Shown here one piece after another: positions 38,789 to 49,207 of a stretch of 64,000 nt of DNA. Each line of letters opens with the position of its first letter. Position 1 is the first letter of the stretch. The translations under genes were made by a program, and so were the position numbers. Origin of the DNA: Nitrosopumilaceae archaeon (GTDB taxonomy: Archaea; Thermoproteota; Nitrososphaeria; Nitrososphaerales; Nitrosopumilaceae); contig OZ242365.1 in NCBI GenBank assembly GCA_965208905.1, positions 224,001-288,000 on the forward strand, in the 5' to 3' direction. The notes beneath the pieces were generated by a model. The model was not told the origin of the DNA, did no database searches, and saw nothing but the letters and a program-made list of their open reading frames with translations.

Positions 38789-40128
38789 AAAAAATTCCTC
38801 GCTTAATAATAACAGGCACCAACAGTAACGTGGGAAAGACTGTAATTAGCTGCGCCATCATACATGGTCTACAAAAGAGAGGATATTCGGTTCAACCCTT
38901 CAAAGCAGGGCCTGACTATATAGACGCAGGATACCTATCTGCTATATCAGGTAGACAAGCCTGCAACTTGGATGTGTGGCTCATGGGAAAAAATAATACA
39001 CTAGACAGTCTAGCAAAAAACTCCACATCGGATATCTCCATAATAGAGGGAGTCATGGGATTTTATGATGGTATTGATGGCTCAAAGAATCTGGCCAGCA
39101 CATACCAGCTACATCGCATAACAAAATCACCGGTAATATTGGTGGTGGATGTTAGTGGTACGGGACGCTCTGTTGCAGCCACGGTTTTGGGATTTATGCG
39201 GTTTAATAAAAAGACACAGATTGCCGGCATAATATTAAATCGTGTTGGGAGCGAACGTCATAAAAGAATATGTATTGATGCAATAAAATCTCTAAATATT
39301 CAAGTATTAGGAGCTATACCAAAAAATGTCATACAGTTAAAAAGTCGCCATTTAGGACTCATTCCTGTTATGGAGGGCAATAAAAATAAGGACATTGAAA
39401 AGATCTCTGAGACTATACATGACCACATCGATATGGATAAAATAATAAAAATATCAAAATCCGCGCCCCCGATTCATCTACAAAAGAGTAGTAAAAAGAG
39501 GGATTTACACACAACCATCGGTATAGCATTGGATGGTTCATTTAATTTCTACTACAAAGATAATCTGGAAAAATTAAAGAATAATGGAGCTAAATTGGAG
39601 TTCTTTAGTCCCGAGATATCAAAGCACATGCCAGACATAAATGGATTATACATTGGCGGTGGATTTCCCGAGGTACGGGGAGCCATTCTAGAAAAAAACT
39701 ACACCTTAATTAATGAAATAAAAAAGGCCATATTAAATGAAATGCCAACATATGCAGAGTGTGGTGGGCTGATATATTTAGGAAAGACTCTTCAATACGA
39801 TAACAAACAGTACGATATGGTGGGCGCCGTGGATGGTCACACATACATGACAAAGAGGCCAACATTGAACTACACCAAAGGTGTCATGTATGATAACATA
39901 TTAAATAAAAAAACTATAAAATTTCATGGACATGAATTTCACTACTCAAAGATGGATGTTAGTGAGGACTCTAGATTTACGCAAAAACTGTATCGTGGAG
40001 AGGGTATTTTAGATAACAAAGATGGCATACTTGTACATAATACAATGGCATCATATGGGCATCTATACTTTTCAGAGAAGATGGCCAAAAATGTAGTAGA
40101 GTGCTGCGCAAAATTTTCAAGGAGATGA
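38785..40128 (+). CDS. cbiA: cobyrinate a,c-diamide synthase
   Basis: GKT, FKAGPDYID, EGVMG, GGGFPE, AECGG, GHEFHYS. Confidence 0.93.
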   Translation: MKKIPRLIITGTNSNVGKTVISCAIIHGLQKRGYSVQPFKAGPDYIDAGYLSAISGRQACNLDVWLMGKNNTLDSLAKNSTSDISIIEGVMGFYDGIDGSKNLASTYQLHRITKSPVILVVDVSGTGRSVAATVLGFMRFNKKTQIAGIILNRVGSERHKRICIDAIKSLNIQVLGAIPKNVIQLKSRHLGLIPVMEGNKNKDIEKISETIHDHIDMDKIIKISKSAPPIHLQKSSKKRDLHTTIGIALDGSFNFYYKDNLEKLKNNGAKLEFFSPEISKHMPDINGLYIGGGFPEVRGAILEKNYTLINEIKKAILNEMPTYAECGGLIYLGKTLQYDNKQYDMVGAVDGHTYMTKRPTLNYTKGVMYDNILNKKTIKFHGHEFHYSKMDVSEDSRFTQKLYRGEGILDNKDGILVHNTMASYGHLYFSEKMAKNVVECCAKFSRR

Positions 40129-40749
40129 TCGTAAAAGTTTAAACAATGCATTTATGATAGCCGCAGCCACAGGACTCCCACCCTTACGACCTCTGTTGGT
40201 TATGTAGGGTACCTGAATCTTTTCTAGTTCTGCCTTGGACTCGGCAGCTTGTATAAAACCTACCGGTACACCCACCACTAGAGATGGACGAGCCTCATTC
40301 TGATGAATCATCGATATAACCTCTAAAAGGGCCGTAGGAGCGTTGCCTATAACTACAACACCATTCTCCATCTCAGCAGCAGATTGCTGCATCGATACCC
40401 GAGCTCTTGTTGAATTGGCTTTTTTAGCTAAATTGGCTATTTTATCATCTGATATTTTGCATATTGTGTTATTGCCAAAATCTGCTAGGTTTCGTTTGTT
40501 CAATAAACCTGGTATGCCGTTGACATCTGTGATAATATTACACCCATTATTTAGTGATTTTATGCCGCTTTGAATGGCATCATCATGAAATATTACACGA
40601 TTATCTCGGGCAAAATCAAAGTCTGCAGTAGAGTGAATAATTCTGCGCACAATTGGCCACTCCCACGTATCATAATCATGTGATACTATCTCATCTTCAA
40701 TAATACTCATACTGGCATCCTCAATGGATTGACCCTGCCTAGTCTGCAT
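40117..40749 (-). CDS. cbiC: precorrin-8X methylmutase
   Basis: R.IHSTADF, IGNAPTAL, PVGF, GRKGGS. Confidence 0.93.
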   Translation of the reverse strand: MQTRQGQSIEDASMSIIEDEIVSHDYDTWEWPIVRRIIHSTADFDFARDNRVIFHDDAIQSGIKSLNNGCNIITDVNGIPGLLNKRNLADFGNNTICKISDDKIANLAKKANSTRARVSMQQSAAEMENGVVVIGNAPTALLEVISMIHQNEARPSLVVGVPVGFIQAAESKAELEKIQVPYITNRGRKGGSPVAAAIINALFKLLRSSP

Positions 40750-41491
40750 GCTCCACCTCGGATGCCCGCTCTAAGATTAAATCAATCATGGCATCATCGA
40801 CCCCTATATGGCGCGTTATACATGCATTTTTAAGGTTAAATTTTTCAAGGGCCGGTTGTAAAAACGCATTTACGTCTCGTTTTACATGGGCACCTTCATG
40901 CAAAAAATAAAAGACTACAACTAAAATTGATGGATTGTTGGCCGCGCTGATCTCTACTCCTGCCGGAATATCTGGTTGCTCTATCTCTAAATAGCATCTG
41001 TTTACGTTTCGGTACGAGTCTTTTAACTGTTCTACAACATAATTTATAGATCGTTGAGCGTTAATATCCGAGCTGCCATGTGCTACTATGAGTACGTCAG
41101 TTTTATCGCGATCTATATCATAATTATTTCTCTTTAGAGCATCAACTATCCTGTTGTCAACTAGCTTCACCATGGTGGGATGCATGCTCATCTGCTTTGT
41201 AACTAGAAATTTTGTCTTGGTATACTTTTGGTATTTCATGACATTAGTTACTGTCACTTTTATCTTTCTTCCAGGATATAGAAAGTATGGTACTATCGTT
41301 AGTGTATCCAAATCATTTAGGGGGCATTTTTTCATAGCGTCACTGATGAACGGGGGTAGCACCTCAAGAAAGCAAAAGTCAGCATAGTCATATCCGCCTT
41401 TAATGCGCACCTTCTCTGTTATTATTTTCAGTTCTCTGGGGGCCCCGGTCTCCCTGCTTCCCCTATTTATAATCAATATGCCCCTCTTCAT
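40739..41491 (-). CDS. cbiX: sirohydrochlorin cobaltochelatase (two-domain CbiX)
   Basis: FLE..P, PYFL..G, AHGSS, YFLHEGAH. Confidence 0.85.
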   Translation of the reverse strand: MKRGILIINRGSRETGAPRELKIITEKVRIKGGYDYADFCFLEVLPPFISDAMKKCPLNDLDTLTIVPYFLYPGRKIKVTVTNVMKYQKYTKTKFLVTKQMSMHPTMVKLVDNRIVDALKRNNYDIDRDKTDVLIVAHGSSDINAQRSINYVVEQLKDSYRNVNRCYLEIEQPDIPAGVEISAANNPSILVVVFYFLHEGAHVKRDVNAFLQPALEKFNLKNACITRHIGVDDAMIDLILERASEVEHAD

Positions 41492-42552
41492 GGTATTTTA
41501 GCCACCGCCACCGTCAAATCTGGAGGAAATTTTTGTTTCTCTATAACTAAATTACCATTAGAGACCAATATGGCTGCTGCCTCAGATACACTGGGGGTAC
41601 CCTCAAACTTTTTAACTACACCAGATGGGTTTGGTATAGATACCTGAGCCAACTCACCTCTCTCTACTAGATGCAATGATACATTTAACATATTGGCTGC
41701 ATCTTGAATTCCCGGTATTGTATATGACTTCTTTATGGATGCGATCTTTGCAACACATTTCAGACTAAAATTATATTTTTTTAATGACTGAATTATGCCT
41801 CTTTGTATAGTCTCGGATGTCGTATTATGATGTAACCCCACCCCTATAACAAGGGAGGGGGGCCTATAAAGAACAGCTTTATCTGCAACATCACTAGACA
41901 CTATACTGTCAGTAAGTATACGGTCAGTAATTATCAGATAGCCCTTGCTGTTGGATTGTACTAGTCCGTCTAGTGTATCATATATGGTCACATTGGATGG
42001 TAATGGGTGGTGCCACCAATTCTTATCTCCAGCATCCTGAAATATGCCTATGGGCTCTTCATTTACCATATATGCACTGATACGGGTCACATTGGTATCA
42101 TCATCAATCGCCCATCCCAAATCTCTGCCCACCAAATCTACAGAGATTGTTTTATTAACATCAGCCGCAGTGGTTATGACTGGTGTTGCTCCAGTCTCTT
42201 TTGCAATCTTGTTGGCCAATTTATTTGCGCCTCCCAAATGTCCAGATAGTACGCTTATTACAAAGTTGAGTTTGTCATCTATGACTATAACGGCGGGATC
42301 ACTCTTTTTATCTTTAAGGTGAGGCGATATCAGCCGTATTACCGCACCCAATGAAAAGATATACACTACACCATCATATTTGGAGAACAGTTCTCCGGCC
42401 ATCTGTGTTGTAGAGTTATCATACCATATTATGCCAGATTCAGAGTCTTGCAATTTTTTGGGAGAGTATAATGTCATGTCAGTAAATATCTCTGTTAATC
42501 GTCGTCCAATTTTTTTACCGTTCTTTGTTATTGCCAAAATTGCCACCTTCAT
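41488..42552 (-). CDS. cbiG: cobalt-precorrin-5A hydrolase
   Basis: G.VIR.I.P...DK..DPAV, LSGHLGGAN, VITTA, SVSEAAA. Confidence 0.9.
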   Translation of the reverse strand: MKVAILAITKNGKKIGRRLTEIFTDMTLYSPKKLQDSESGIIWYDNSTTQMAGELFSKYDGVVYIFSLGAVIRLISPHLKDKKSDPAVIVIDDKLNFVISVLSGHLGGANKLANKIAKETGATPVITTAADVNKTISVDLVGRDLGWAIDDDTNVTRISAYMVNEEPIGIFQDAGDKNWWHHPLPSNVTIYDTLDGLVQSNSKGYLIITDRILTDSIVSSDVADKAVLYRPPSLVIGVGLHHNTTSETIQRGIIQSLKKYNFSLKCVAKIASIKKSYTIPGIQDAANMLNVSLHLVERGELAQVSIPNPSGVVKKFEGTPSVSEAAAILVSNGNLVIEKQKFPPDLTVAVAKIP

Positions 42553-42695
42553 AATATTGAATGGTACAATATGTTGCATAAAATACCTTTTGTTCTACAG
42601 ATATTAGTGATGCAAGCATCTTGCAGATGTTTTGTGTGTAGTGGGTTTGACTGTTTGTATGGTAAGGATTGTATCATTGTTATGGCCTCTTGTAA

Positions 42696-43394
42696 TTATG
42701 CAAGATTTTTTGAGGTATTTTTACGCAATCTTCTTTGGATTATTATAAAAGCTACACCTGCAGGAGTTGCCAGAACGGAAAAGAGTATCCCCATTGAAAG
42801 ATAGTCGTTCACAAATAGTTTTGTCTCAAACCATGCCATTGGTAGTGTCAAAAGAAAGTTCTCACCAGAAAAATCCTCAATTGTACCAATGGATAGAGCG
42901 TATCTTCCACCCACTCCTTCATCTGCAACCACGACATAGTATTGCCCATCAATAGGAATGTTGGTTGTGACCTCTTGTCTCTCCCAGTAGGTCACTTGGC
43001 CAAATGGCTCATAGAATTCGTTCCCGGGAAAGTCGCCATTGTATGGAAACTCCTCAACGTTTGGCCCAATCTCAAGTAGAGCAATACTATTCTCAACCCC
43101 TGCCGGGCTCACCAAAAATAGTGATGGCGAGTACTCTTCTAATCCATTTATTTTGGGAATTAATATGCTTGCATAAAATGGGTCACCGTGTTTGGCCTCA
43201 AACGTGTAAAACTTTACTCCGTTCGCATCCAGATTATCGTAGATGGCCCAAGAGATGCGGTGATTGGGTATGTAAAGGGCGGAGTCAAAATCTGTATGTG
43301 TCCCATCGTGGGTTATTAGTTTGTGGGCATGTGCTGGACCTGTTGTGATTATAATTATTGTGAAAATCAAAAGGAGCGGTATAATCTTTGACAT
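42696..43394 (-). CDS. hypothetical secreted/membrane-anchored protein
   Basis: Signal peptide AHAH, FYEPF motif, C-terminal TM helix. Confidence 0.7.
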   Translation of the reverse strand: MSKIIPLLLIFTIIIITTGPAHAHKLITHDGTHTDFDSALYIPNHRISWAIYDNLDANGVKFYTFEAKHGDPFYASILIPKINGLEEYSPSLFLVSPAGVENSIALLEIGPNVEEFPYNGDFPGNEFYEPFGQVTYWERQEVTTNIPIDGQYYVVVADEGVGGRYALSIGTIEDFSGENFLLTLPMAWFETKLFVNDYLSMGILFSVLATPAGVAFIIIQRRLRKNTSKNLA

Positions 43395-43939
43395 AATTTT
43401 ATCTGTTAAAAATTATATTTTAGTTGTAGGGTAAATCTAAATCAGAATGGCACTAGATCTTGGGCAAACTAAACCGTTGTGGCATATATACCTCAAATTT
43501 GGGGCCAAATATTATGGTCATATTGGTTGTGGCGCCTCATAATGTTGCAAAACTCTCAAGTCTATTTTGGTAAACTCATGTAGTGCACTTGGACTATACA
43601 GATGGCCTTTCCTGTACTGTGATTGGCCCGTTTTAATATCAAATTTTATATTATAATTAACTTCTGGAGAATATCGATGAGAGTCTCTCCCCCACTGAAT
43701 TATGTTCTGTTGAATTGTGGTTGTAAAAGTTGAGTGTTCGGTATTTGCAATCAGGTGTATTTAATACAATACGAATTTATTTTAAAATACATAAAGTAAT
43801 AATAAACAATATTTTACATTTATTATCTTACAATTTATACTAGAATAATTATCATCTATAATTTGACCGTCCAAGACAGACGAGTAGTTTTTTGCATGAT
43901 GATACAACACTGAAACTATAACAGATTTGTAATATATGA

Positions 43940-45013
43940 TTAGGCATGTTTGGATGTGTTGCCTATAACCAACCCCTCAAAGTCAAACATTATTACATCA
44001 ACATGTGTATCATTAGCGCGACTCTGCATATGTTTGCGCACGCGCTGACATATCTTATCAAAAAAGTTTGGGATATTATTCTGTTGTATCATCTCCATAA
44101 CGTGTCGTGCCGTATTTGCCTTTTGTATATCACGTATGATATAGTCTGGTGCTCCACACTCTTTGGCTATATCGGATAGTAATTTCATATCCACCTTGGA
44201 GCCTTTTACATGCGTCTGAGACACACCTGCAGCCATCTTTGCTAACTTTCCTACAAATCCCACCACATATGCTTTTTGTAGTCCTTTTTTGCCACACTGC
44301 TGTATTGCATAGCCAGAAAAGTCGCCTATCTGGACATAACAGTGATCCGGTAACTTTACGAGTTTCTTGGCATACTCTTCACTACGGCTACCAGTTGTCA
44401 GTACGACTGTATCACTTTTCATGGCTACGGCCACATCAAGATTTTGTCGTATTGAAGCAGCAAATGATGCCGTCGAAAACGGCACTACTATGCCACTAGT
44501 ACCTAGTATTGATATTCCGCCCATAATTCCCAACCGAGGATTGTCTGTCTTTGGGGCTAGATTTGCACCGTCGGGGACAGATATTGTTACTTTGAGTCCG
44601 GTCTTTTGTATCATTGCTGTGTTCACCTCCCGAAGATTCTCCTGAATCATGCGTCGAGGTACGGGATTTATCGCTGGCCCCCCTATATCCAATCCCAGAC
44701 CGGGTTTGGTAACTATACCCACACCCACCCCACCGTGTATGGTAATCACGTCGGGATCATCACCAGATACAACATCAGTTACAATCTGAGTGCCGTGGGT
44801 AACATCTGGATCATCACCACCATCCTTGATAATAGTACATCGCGCACCGGTCTCTGTTACATTGCATGATTCTATGGGTATGTCAATATAGTCGCCTCGG
44901 GGTAGCCGCACGGCAACTGTGGATACCTGTACATTATTCAGTAGCATTAGTGCTGCTTTTGCACCAGCGGCGGCGCATGTGCCGGTGGTATAACCAGTAC
45001 GCAATTTTGCCAT
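43940..45013 (-). CDS. cbiD: cobalt-precorrin-5B C1-methyltransferase
   Basis: GYTTGTCAAA, KDGGDDPDVTHG, AINPVPR, GGISILGTSG. Confidence 0.95.
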   Translation of the reverse strand: MAKLRTGYTTGTCAAAGAKAALMLLNNVQVSTVAVRLPRGDYIDIPIESCNVTETGARCTIIKDGGDDPDVTHGTQIVTDVVSGDDPDVITIHGGVGVGIVTKPGLGLDIGGPAINPVPRRMIQENLREVNTAMIQKTGLKVTISVPDGANLAPKTDNPRLGIMGGISILGTSGIVVPFSTASFAASIRQNLDVAVAMKSDTVVLTTGSRSEEYAKKLVKLPDHCYVQIGDFSGYAIQQCGKKGLQKAYVVGFVGKLAKMAAGVSQTHVKGSKVDMKLLSDIAKECGAPDYIIRDIQKANTARHVMEMIQQNNIPNFFDKICQRVRKHMQSRANDTHVDVIMFDFEGLVIGNTSKHA

Positions 45014-45069
45014 TATACACTTGTTAAATCAGTATCTTTTAATTTTTTAATTATAATACAACATCAAAC

Positions 45070-45918
45070 ATGAAGATATTCGTAACTGGGGCTAGTGGCT
45101 TTGTAGCCAAAAATATACGATGTGCACTCTCAAAAGCAGGCCATCAAATCGTTTCGACGTCTCGTAAAAGAGTAACACCTGTATTACATAACGAAGAGAA
45201 TCTACAGACCGACTACTCTGATGATCACAGCATAATACCACATATGAAATCTGCTCATGCAGCAATACATCTGGTCGGAAGTGGCATACAGACTACCAGT
45301 ATTCAGTATCATATGATAAATCAACGCCTGACTGAGCGTGTAATAAGGTGGTGCAAGGATGCAGATATACCCCGAATCATATACTTTAGCGGTCTTGGAG
45401 TCTCTGCAGATACCACACAGGGCTACTTCATATCAAAGTATCTGGCCGAAGAAGCAATAAGGCAGTCTGGACTAGACTATGTAATATTTCGACCCTCATA
45501 TATAATAGGCAAAGATGACTATCTAAGTTGTAATTTACAGAGACAGATCAAAGATGGTAACGTAGTAATTCCCGGTTCGGGCAAATATGTAATGCAGCCC
45601 ATATCCATACACGATGTTATCCGCATTGTGATAAAGTCAATACATGATGATGCATTCTGTAATAGTACACTAGATATGGTTGGGCCTCGCATAATATCAT
45701 ACAAGAGTTATGTCAAAATGTTTGTTAAAAATAGTGCAAGGGTAACTCATATGGATGCAGAAGAGGCATACAGGCAGGCCATCTGTGGAGAGACGACATA
45801 CTATTCGATAGATGATCTAAATATCATGATGGGGAGTTTTGTGGGAAATCATGATAAACTAGCAAGTATATCGGATATGAAATTTCATGACTTTTTAGAG
45901 GCCGGCAGCACGTCGTAG
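45070..45918 (+). CDS. NAD-dependent epimerase/dehydratase family protein
   Basis: [16 protein letters not shown]. Confidence 0.85.
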   Translation: MKIFVTGASGFVAKNIRCALSKAGHQIVSTSRKRVTPVLHNEENLQTDYSDDHSIIPHMKSAHAAIHLVGSGIQTTSIQYHMINQRLTERVIRWCKDADIPRIIYFSGLGVSADTTQGYFISKYLAEEAIRQSGLDYVIFRPSYIIGKDDYLSCNLQRQIKDGNVVIPGSGKYVMQPISIHDVIRIVIKSIHDDAFCNSTLDMVGPRIISYKSYVKMFVKNSARVTHMDAEEAYRQAICGETTYYSIDDLNIMMGSFVGNHDKLASISDMKFHDFLEAGSTS

Positions 45919-47073
45919 TATGTCTGCCTTGTCGGTTCGCTCCCAAATAAATTCGGGATCTTCACGACCAAAGTGACCATACGTGGATGACTTTTGATAT
46001 ATAGGTCTCTTTAGATCCAATTGTGTTATTATACTTGAAGGAGTCAAATCAAAGTTTTTACGCACTATATCTTCTATATCTTTGTCGGGTATACGGCCTG
46101 TGCCAAATGTTACAACGTATAATGAGACCGGCTCGCTCATTCCTATGGCGTATGCCACCTGAACCTCACACCTGTCGGCTAGGCCGGCGGCTACTATGTT
46201 CTTTGCTATATATCGGCACATGTAGCTGGCGGATCTATCTACCTTTGAAGGATCTTTGCCCGAGAACGCGCCACCGCCATGTCGTGACATACCACCATAT
46301 GTATCTACGATTATCTTGCGGCCAGTAACTCCAGCATCACCATGAGGGCCACCAATCACAAAACGGCCGGTGGGATTGATGTGTACATTTATGGAGTCAT
46401 TCCATAAATCACCCAAGACTGGTTTTATCACCTTTTCAATTATGGTGTCATGTATAATTCGATTGGGCACACCCGGATCGTGCTGTGTAGAGACGACCAC
46501 CGTCTCTATGGCAATGGGTTTTCCGTCCTCGTACCGAACAGATACCTGAGATTTGCCATCGGGTCTTAACCAGGTTACTGCATTGGTGCGACGCATATGT
46601 GATAGTTGTCGTGTCAGTTTGTGTGCCAATAGTATGGGCATGGGCATCAGTTCGGGAGTCTCGTTGGTAGCATATCCAAACATCAATCCCTGATCTCCCG
46701 CTCCTTGATCTTTATCTAGTGTGGCATCCACACCCTGGCCTATATCGGGACTTTGGGGGTGTAGACGTAGTATCACCTCACACGAGTCTGTATCAAACTT
46801 CAAATCCGGACTGTCATATCCAATATCTCGAATTATCTGTCTAACAATTCTTTCTTGTTGTGTGGCATCAAGTTCTGTCTTGGATGTAACTTCGCCGGCC
46901 ACAGATACAAAACCCGTAGTCACCATGGCTTCAACGGCCACTCGAGAATCAGGATCGGCGCGCAGATAGGCATCTACGAATGCATCTGATATTTGATCAC
47001 AAACCTTGTCCGGATGTCCTTCAGTTACCGATTCGGACGTAAACAGGTAGGATGGGCTAGAGCTCATTTTCAA
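45895..47073 (-). CDS. metK: S-adenosylmethionine synthetase (bacterial/eukaryotic type)
   Basis: [28 protein letters not shown]. Confidence 0.96.
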   Translation of the reverse strand: MKMSSSPSYLFTSESVTEGHPDKVCDQISDAFVDAYLRADPDSRVAVEAMVTTGFVSVAGEVTSKTELDATQQERIVRQIIRDIGYDSPDLKFDTDSCEVILRLHPQSPDIGQGVDATLDKDQGAGDQGLMFGYATNETPELMPMPILLAHKLTRQLSHMRRTNAVTWLRPDGKSQVSVRYEDGKPIAIETVVVSTQHDPGVPNRIIHDTIIEKVIKPVLGDLWNDSINVHINPTGRFVIGGPHGDAGVTGRKIIVDTYGGMSRHGGGAFSGKDPSKVDRSASYMCRYIAKNIVAAGLADRCEVQVAYAIGMSEPVSLYVVTFGTGRIPDKDIEDIVRKNFDLTPSSIITQLDLKRPIYQKSSTYGHFGREDPEFIWERTDKADILRRAAGL

Positions 47074-47299
47074 GTTTGATGAACAGTACGTTGTTGCCTC
47101 TTACAATAATTCGACCATATTTTCCTACAACCTTACTTGATTGTATCTCTTCGGCATTGGTCATAATTAAATTCATGTAAGAGTCCACATTGTCCATCTT
47201 TCCTTTGTATTCTACCTCGTTTTTAAGCCGTACAGTAACCTTCTTTTTTGTATTCTTTTGCAGGGTTGTCAATGGTCGTTGCACATTTGTCTGGGACAT
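47057..47299 (-). CDS. Sm/Lsm (SmAP) protein
   Basis: V.LKN...Y.G....D.YMN, RGNNV. Confidence 0.9.
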   Translation of the reverse strand: MSQTNVQRPLTTLQKNTKKKVTVRLKNEVEYKGKMDNVDSYMNLIMTNAEEIQSSKVVGKYGRIIVRGNNVLFIKLENEL

Positions 47300-47452
47300 T
47301 ACACTTCCTTTTTTTAATTTATTTCATGAATAAAAGCCTTCCTTTTTGATTTTTTGATGCTCATGATCTCTGATTAAAATAGGTTCAGATGACGTTCAAG
47401 ATGATAATACAAATAGTTAGATGAGGGAGTTTATTGAATAAGTCTCACAATC

Positions 47453-47893
47453 ATGGAACTAAAAGATATTGTTAGCGTGTATCTGGAGGCGTTTCCGGCG
47501 CATCGAAGAAGACCTACCGAAGACTTGCGCAGAATGATAAACGATGGTACGTATAAAACATATACAAATAGTGATGCTTTTGGCCTAGTGCTGGAGTTGG
47601 AGGGATTCTCACTGCTGAATTATTTTGCAGTACGTAGTGGGATGCGAAAAACAGGGGTTGGTTCAGAATTATACAGAACGATAGTAAAGAATCATGATCC
47701 CATACTAATGGAGGTCAGAAGAGGACTACAATTCTACTTTAAACATGGGGCGCGTTTGATACGGTGGTACCATAAGCCACCACACTACACAGACACAGCA
47801 CCATACTCCATGATGCTTGTATATCATGGTTCAAAACCACTTCCATCTAACTATATTGAAGCTATACGTAGAGTCTACTCGGGTCTTGTATGA
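47453..47893 (+). CDS. GNAT-family acetyltransferase
   Basis: Y.EAFP, YFAV....R..G.GS, FY..HG. Confidence 0.7.
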   Translation: MELKDIVSVYLEAFPAHRRRPTEDLRRMINDGTYKTYTNSDAFGLVLELEGFSLLNYFAVRSGMRKTGVGSELYRTIVKNHDPILMEVRRGLQFYFKHGARLIRWYHKPPHYTDTAPYSMMLVYHGSKPLPSNYIEAIRRVYSGLV

Positions 47894-47977
47894 GTTATTC
47901 ATAACACGATATACTCTCTGGTACGACAATGACCTTACAGATGCCCCTTTTTATCATTGAGATTCACATGATAACAC

Positions 47978-48607
47978 ATGGTGTATACAGGTATTAGAGA
48001 GGTGGATAGGTTTTTGGGTGGGGGTTTGTTGCCTGGAACCATACTGGACATTTATGGGCCTGGAGGTGCAGGTAAGACGCAGGCATTACTACAGATATCA
48101 TCGATGGCAGTTCAAGCAGGATATAAAGTGGGATACATAGATTCCACGGGCGACTTTAGGCCTGAAAGAGTGTACGACATATGTCAGAATGACTTGGTTT
48201 TAGACTTGATACAGGTATCCCGAGTCACCAATGTGGCAGAGCAGATAAGGTCAATCCATCAATTTGATGATGTATCCATGATAATACTAGATAATGTGAC
48301 AGACTTGTTTACATATGAGTACTACAAAGAGGGCCGACAACACATCAGAAACCAAAGATTTGCCAGACATATGCAAGATATGTCACGTTTGGCGTTAAGA
48401 CATGAAATACCCATCATAATATCAAATATGATGAGATATTCAGGTGTTGAGCACGTTGAGAGTTTGGATTACATAGTTAATTTGTACACTCATGTTAAGT
48501 TGCATCTTGGTGGCTCACCCGAATATATGGCGCATCTGGTTTTGGCCCACAAGGAGACAGAGTTTCAATATGCAATAACACATACAGGCATACAGTCGGT
48601 GAACTAG
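47978..48607 (+). CDS. RadA/RadB paralogue (RecA-family ATPase)
   Basis: GPGGAGKTQ, YIDS.G.FRPER. Confidence 0.82.
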   Translation: MVYTGIREVDRFLGGGLLPGTILDIYGPGGAGKTQALLQISSMAVQAGYKVGYIDSTGDFRPERVYDICQNDLVLDLIQVSRVTNVAEQIRSIHQFDDVSMIILDNVTDLFTYEYYKEGRQHIRNQRFARHMQDMSRLALRHEIPIIISNMMRYSGVEHVESLDYIVNLYTHVKLHLGGSPEYMAHLVLAHKETEFQYAITHTGIQSVN

Positions 48608-48819
48608 GCATCCCATGGAAGTGGTTCGCTGGGAACCATATTACCCAATGCAAAGTATATTCCCATGGAGATCAGTGATGAGAGGGCTCCCACTAACAGA
48701 CAGTTCTTTGCCATGACATTGTCTGACTTGCGTAGTATAAACCATGTAATAAAACCCCCTATTACGCCAAAGAGTATGGGAATTGCATACCACAGCTTGT
48801 TACTCTGCTCTCTATACAT
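48604..48819 (-). CDS. small membrane protein
   Basis: WY..PI..G.IGG two-TM pattern; start uncertain. Confidence 0.6.
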   Translation of the reverse strand: MYREQSNKLWYAIPILFGVIGGFITWFILRKSDNVMAKNCLLVGALSSLISMGIYFALGNMVPSEPLPWDA

Positions 48820-49207
48820 ACCACATATACATGAAAAAATATCAATTTGTATGTTGGCTAGCGGCGCCATGGCCATCCGGAAAATAAAGAATGATAGGGC
48901 CGCCGGCTGAGGCATCCAACATATATTGATACAATAGGCCGCATTAGTACTAGATTTCATTCATCATGCATGATTGAGCCCAAAACATACTCAAAGTTAT
49001 ACAGTATAATCTGGATTTTGTCAACGACACATCTTAAGGTGGACCCACCGGCCATCAATGGTACAATTTATAGTATCATTCAAATTTGTATGGGGGCGAC
49101 CATAGCAAATAATTTATTTCCGTAGATACACAGGATTGTCGTGTACGATGCAATACCAATTATAGTGCCAATACTCTTTGTAATAGGTACTGTAGGTGCA
49201 CTGGTGT

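Noticed and set aside
43400-43930. Broken frame containing KFDIKTG (Rieske-like)
   Set aside because: No Cys/His ligands; too fragmentary to call.
45895-47073. Bacterial-type metK in an archaeon
   Set aside because: Known feature of Nitrososphaerota; not novel.
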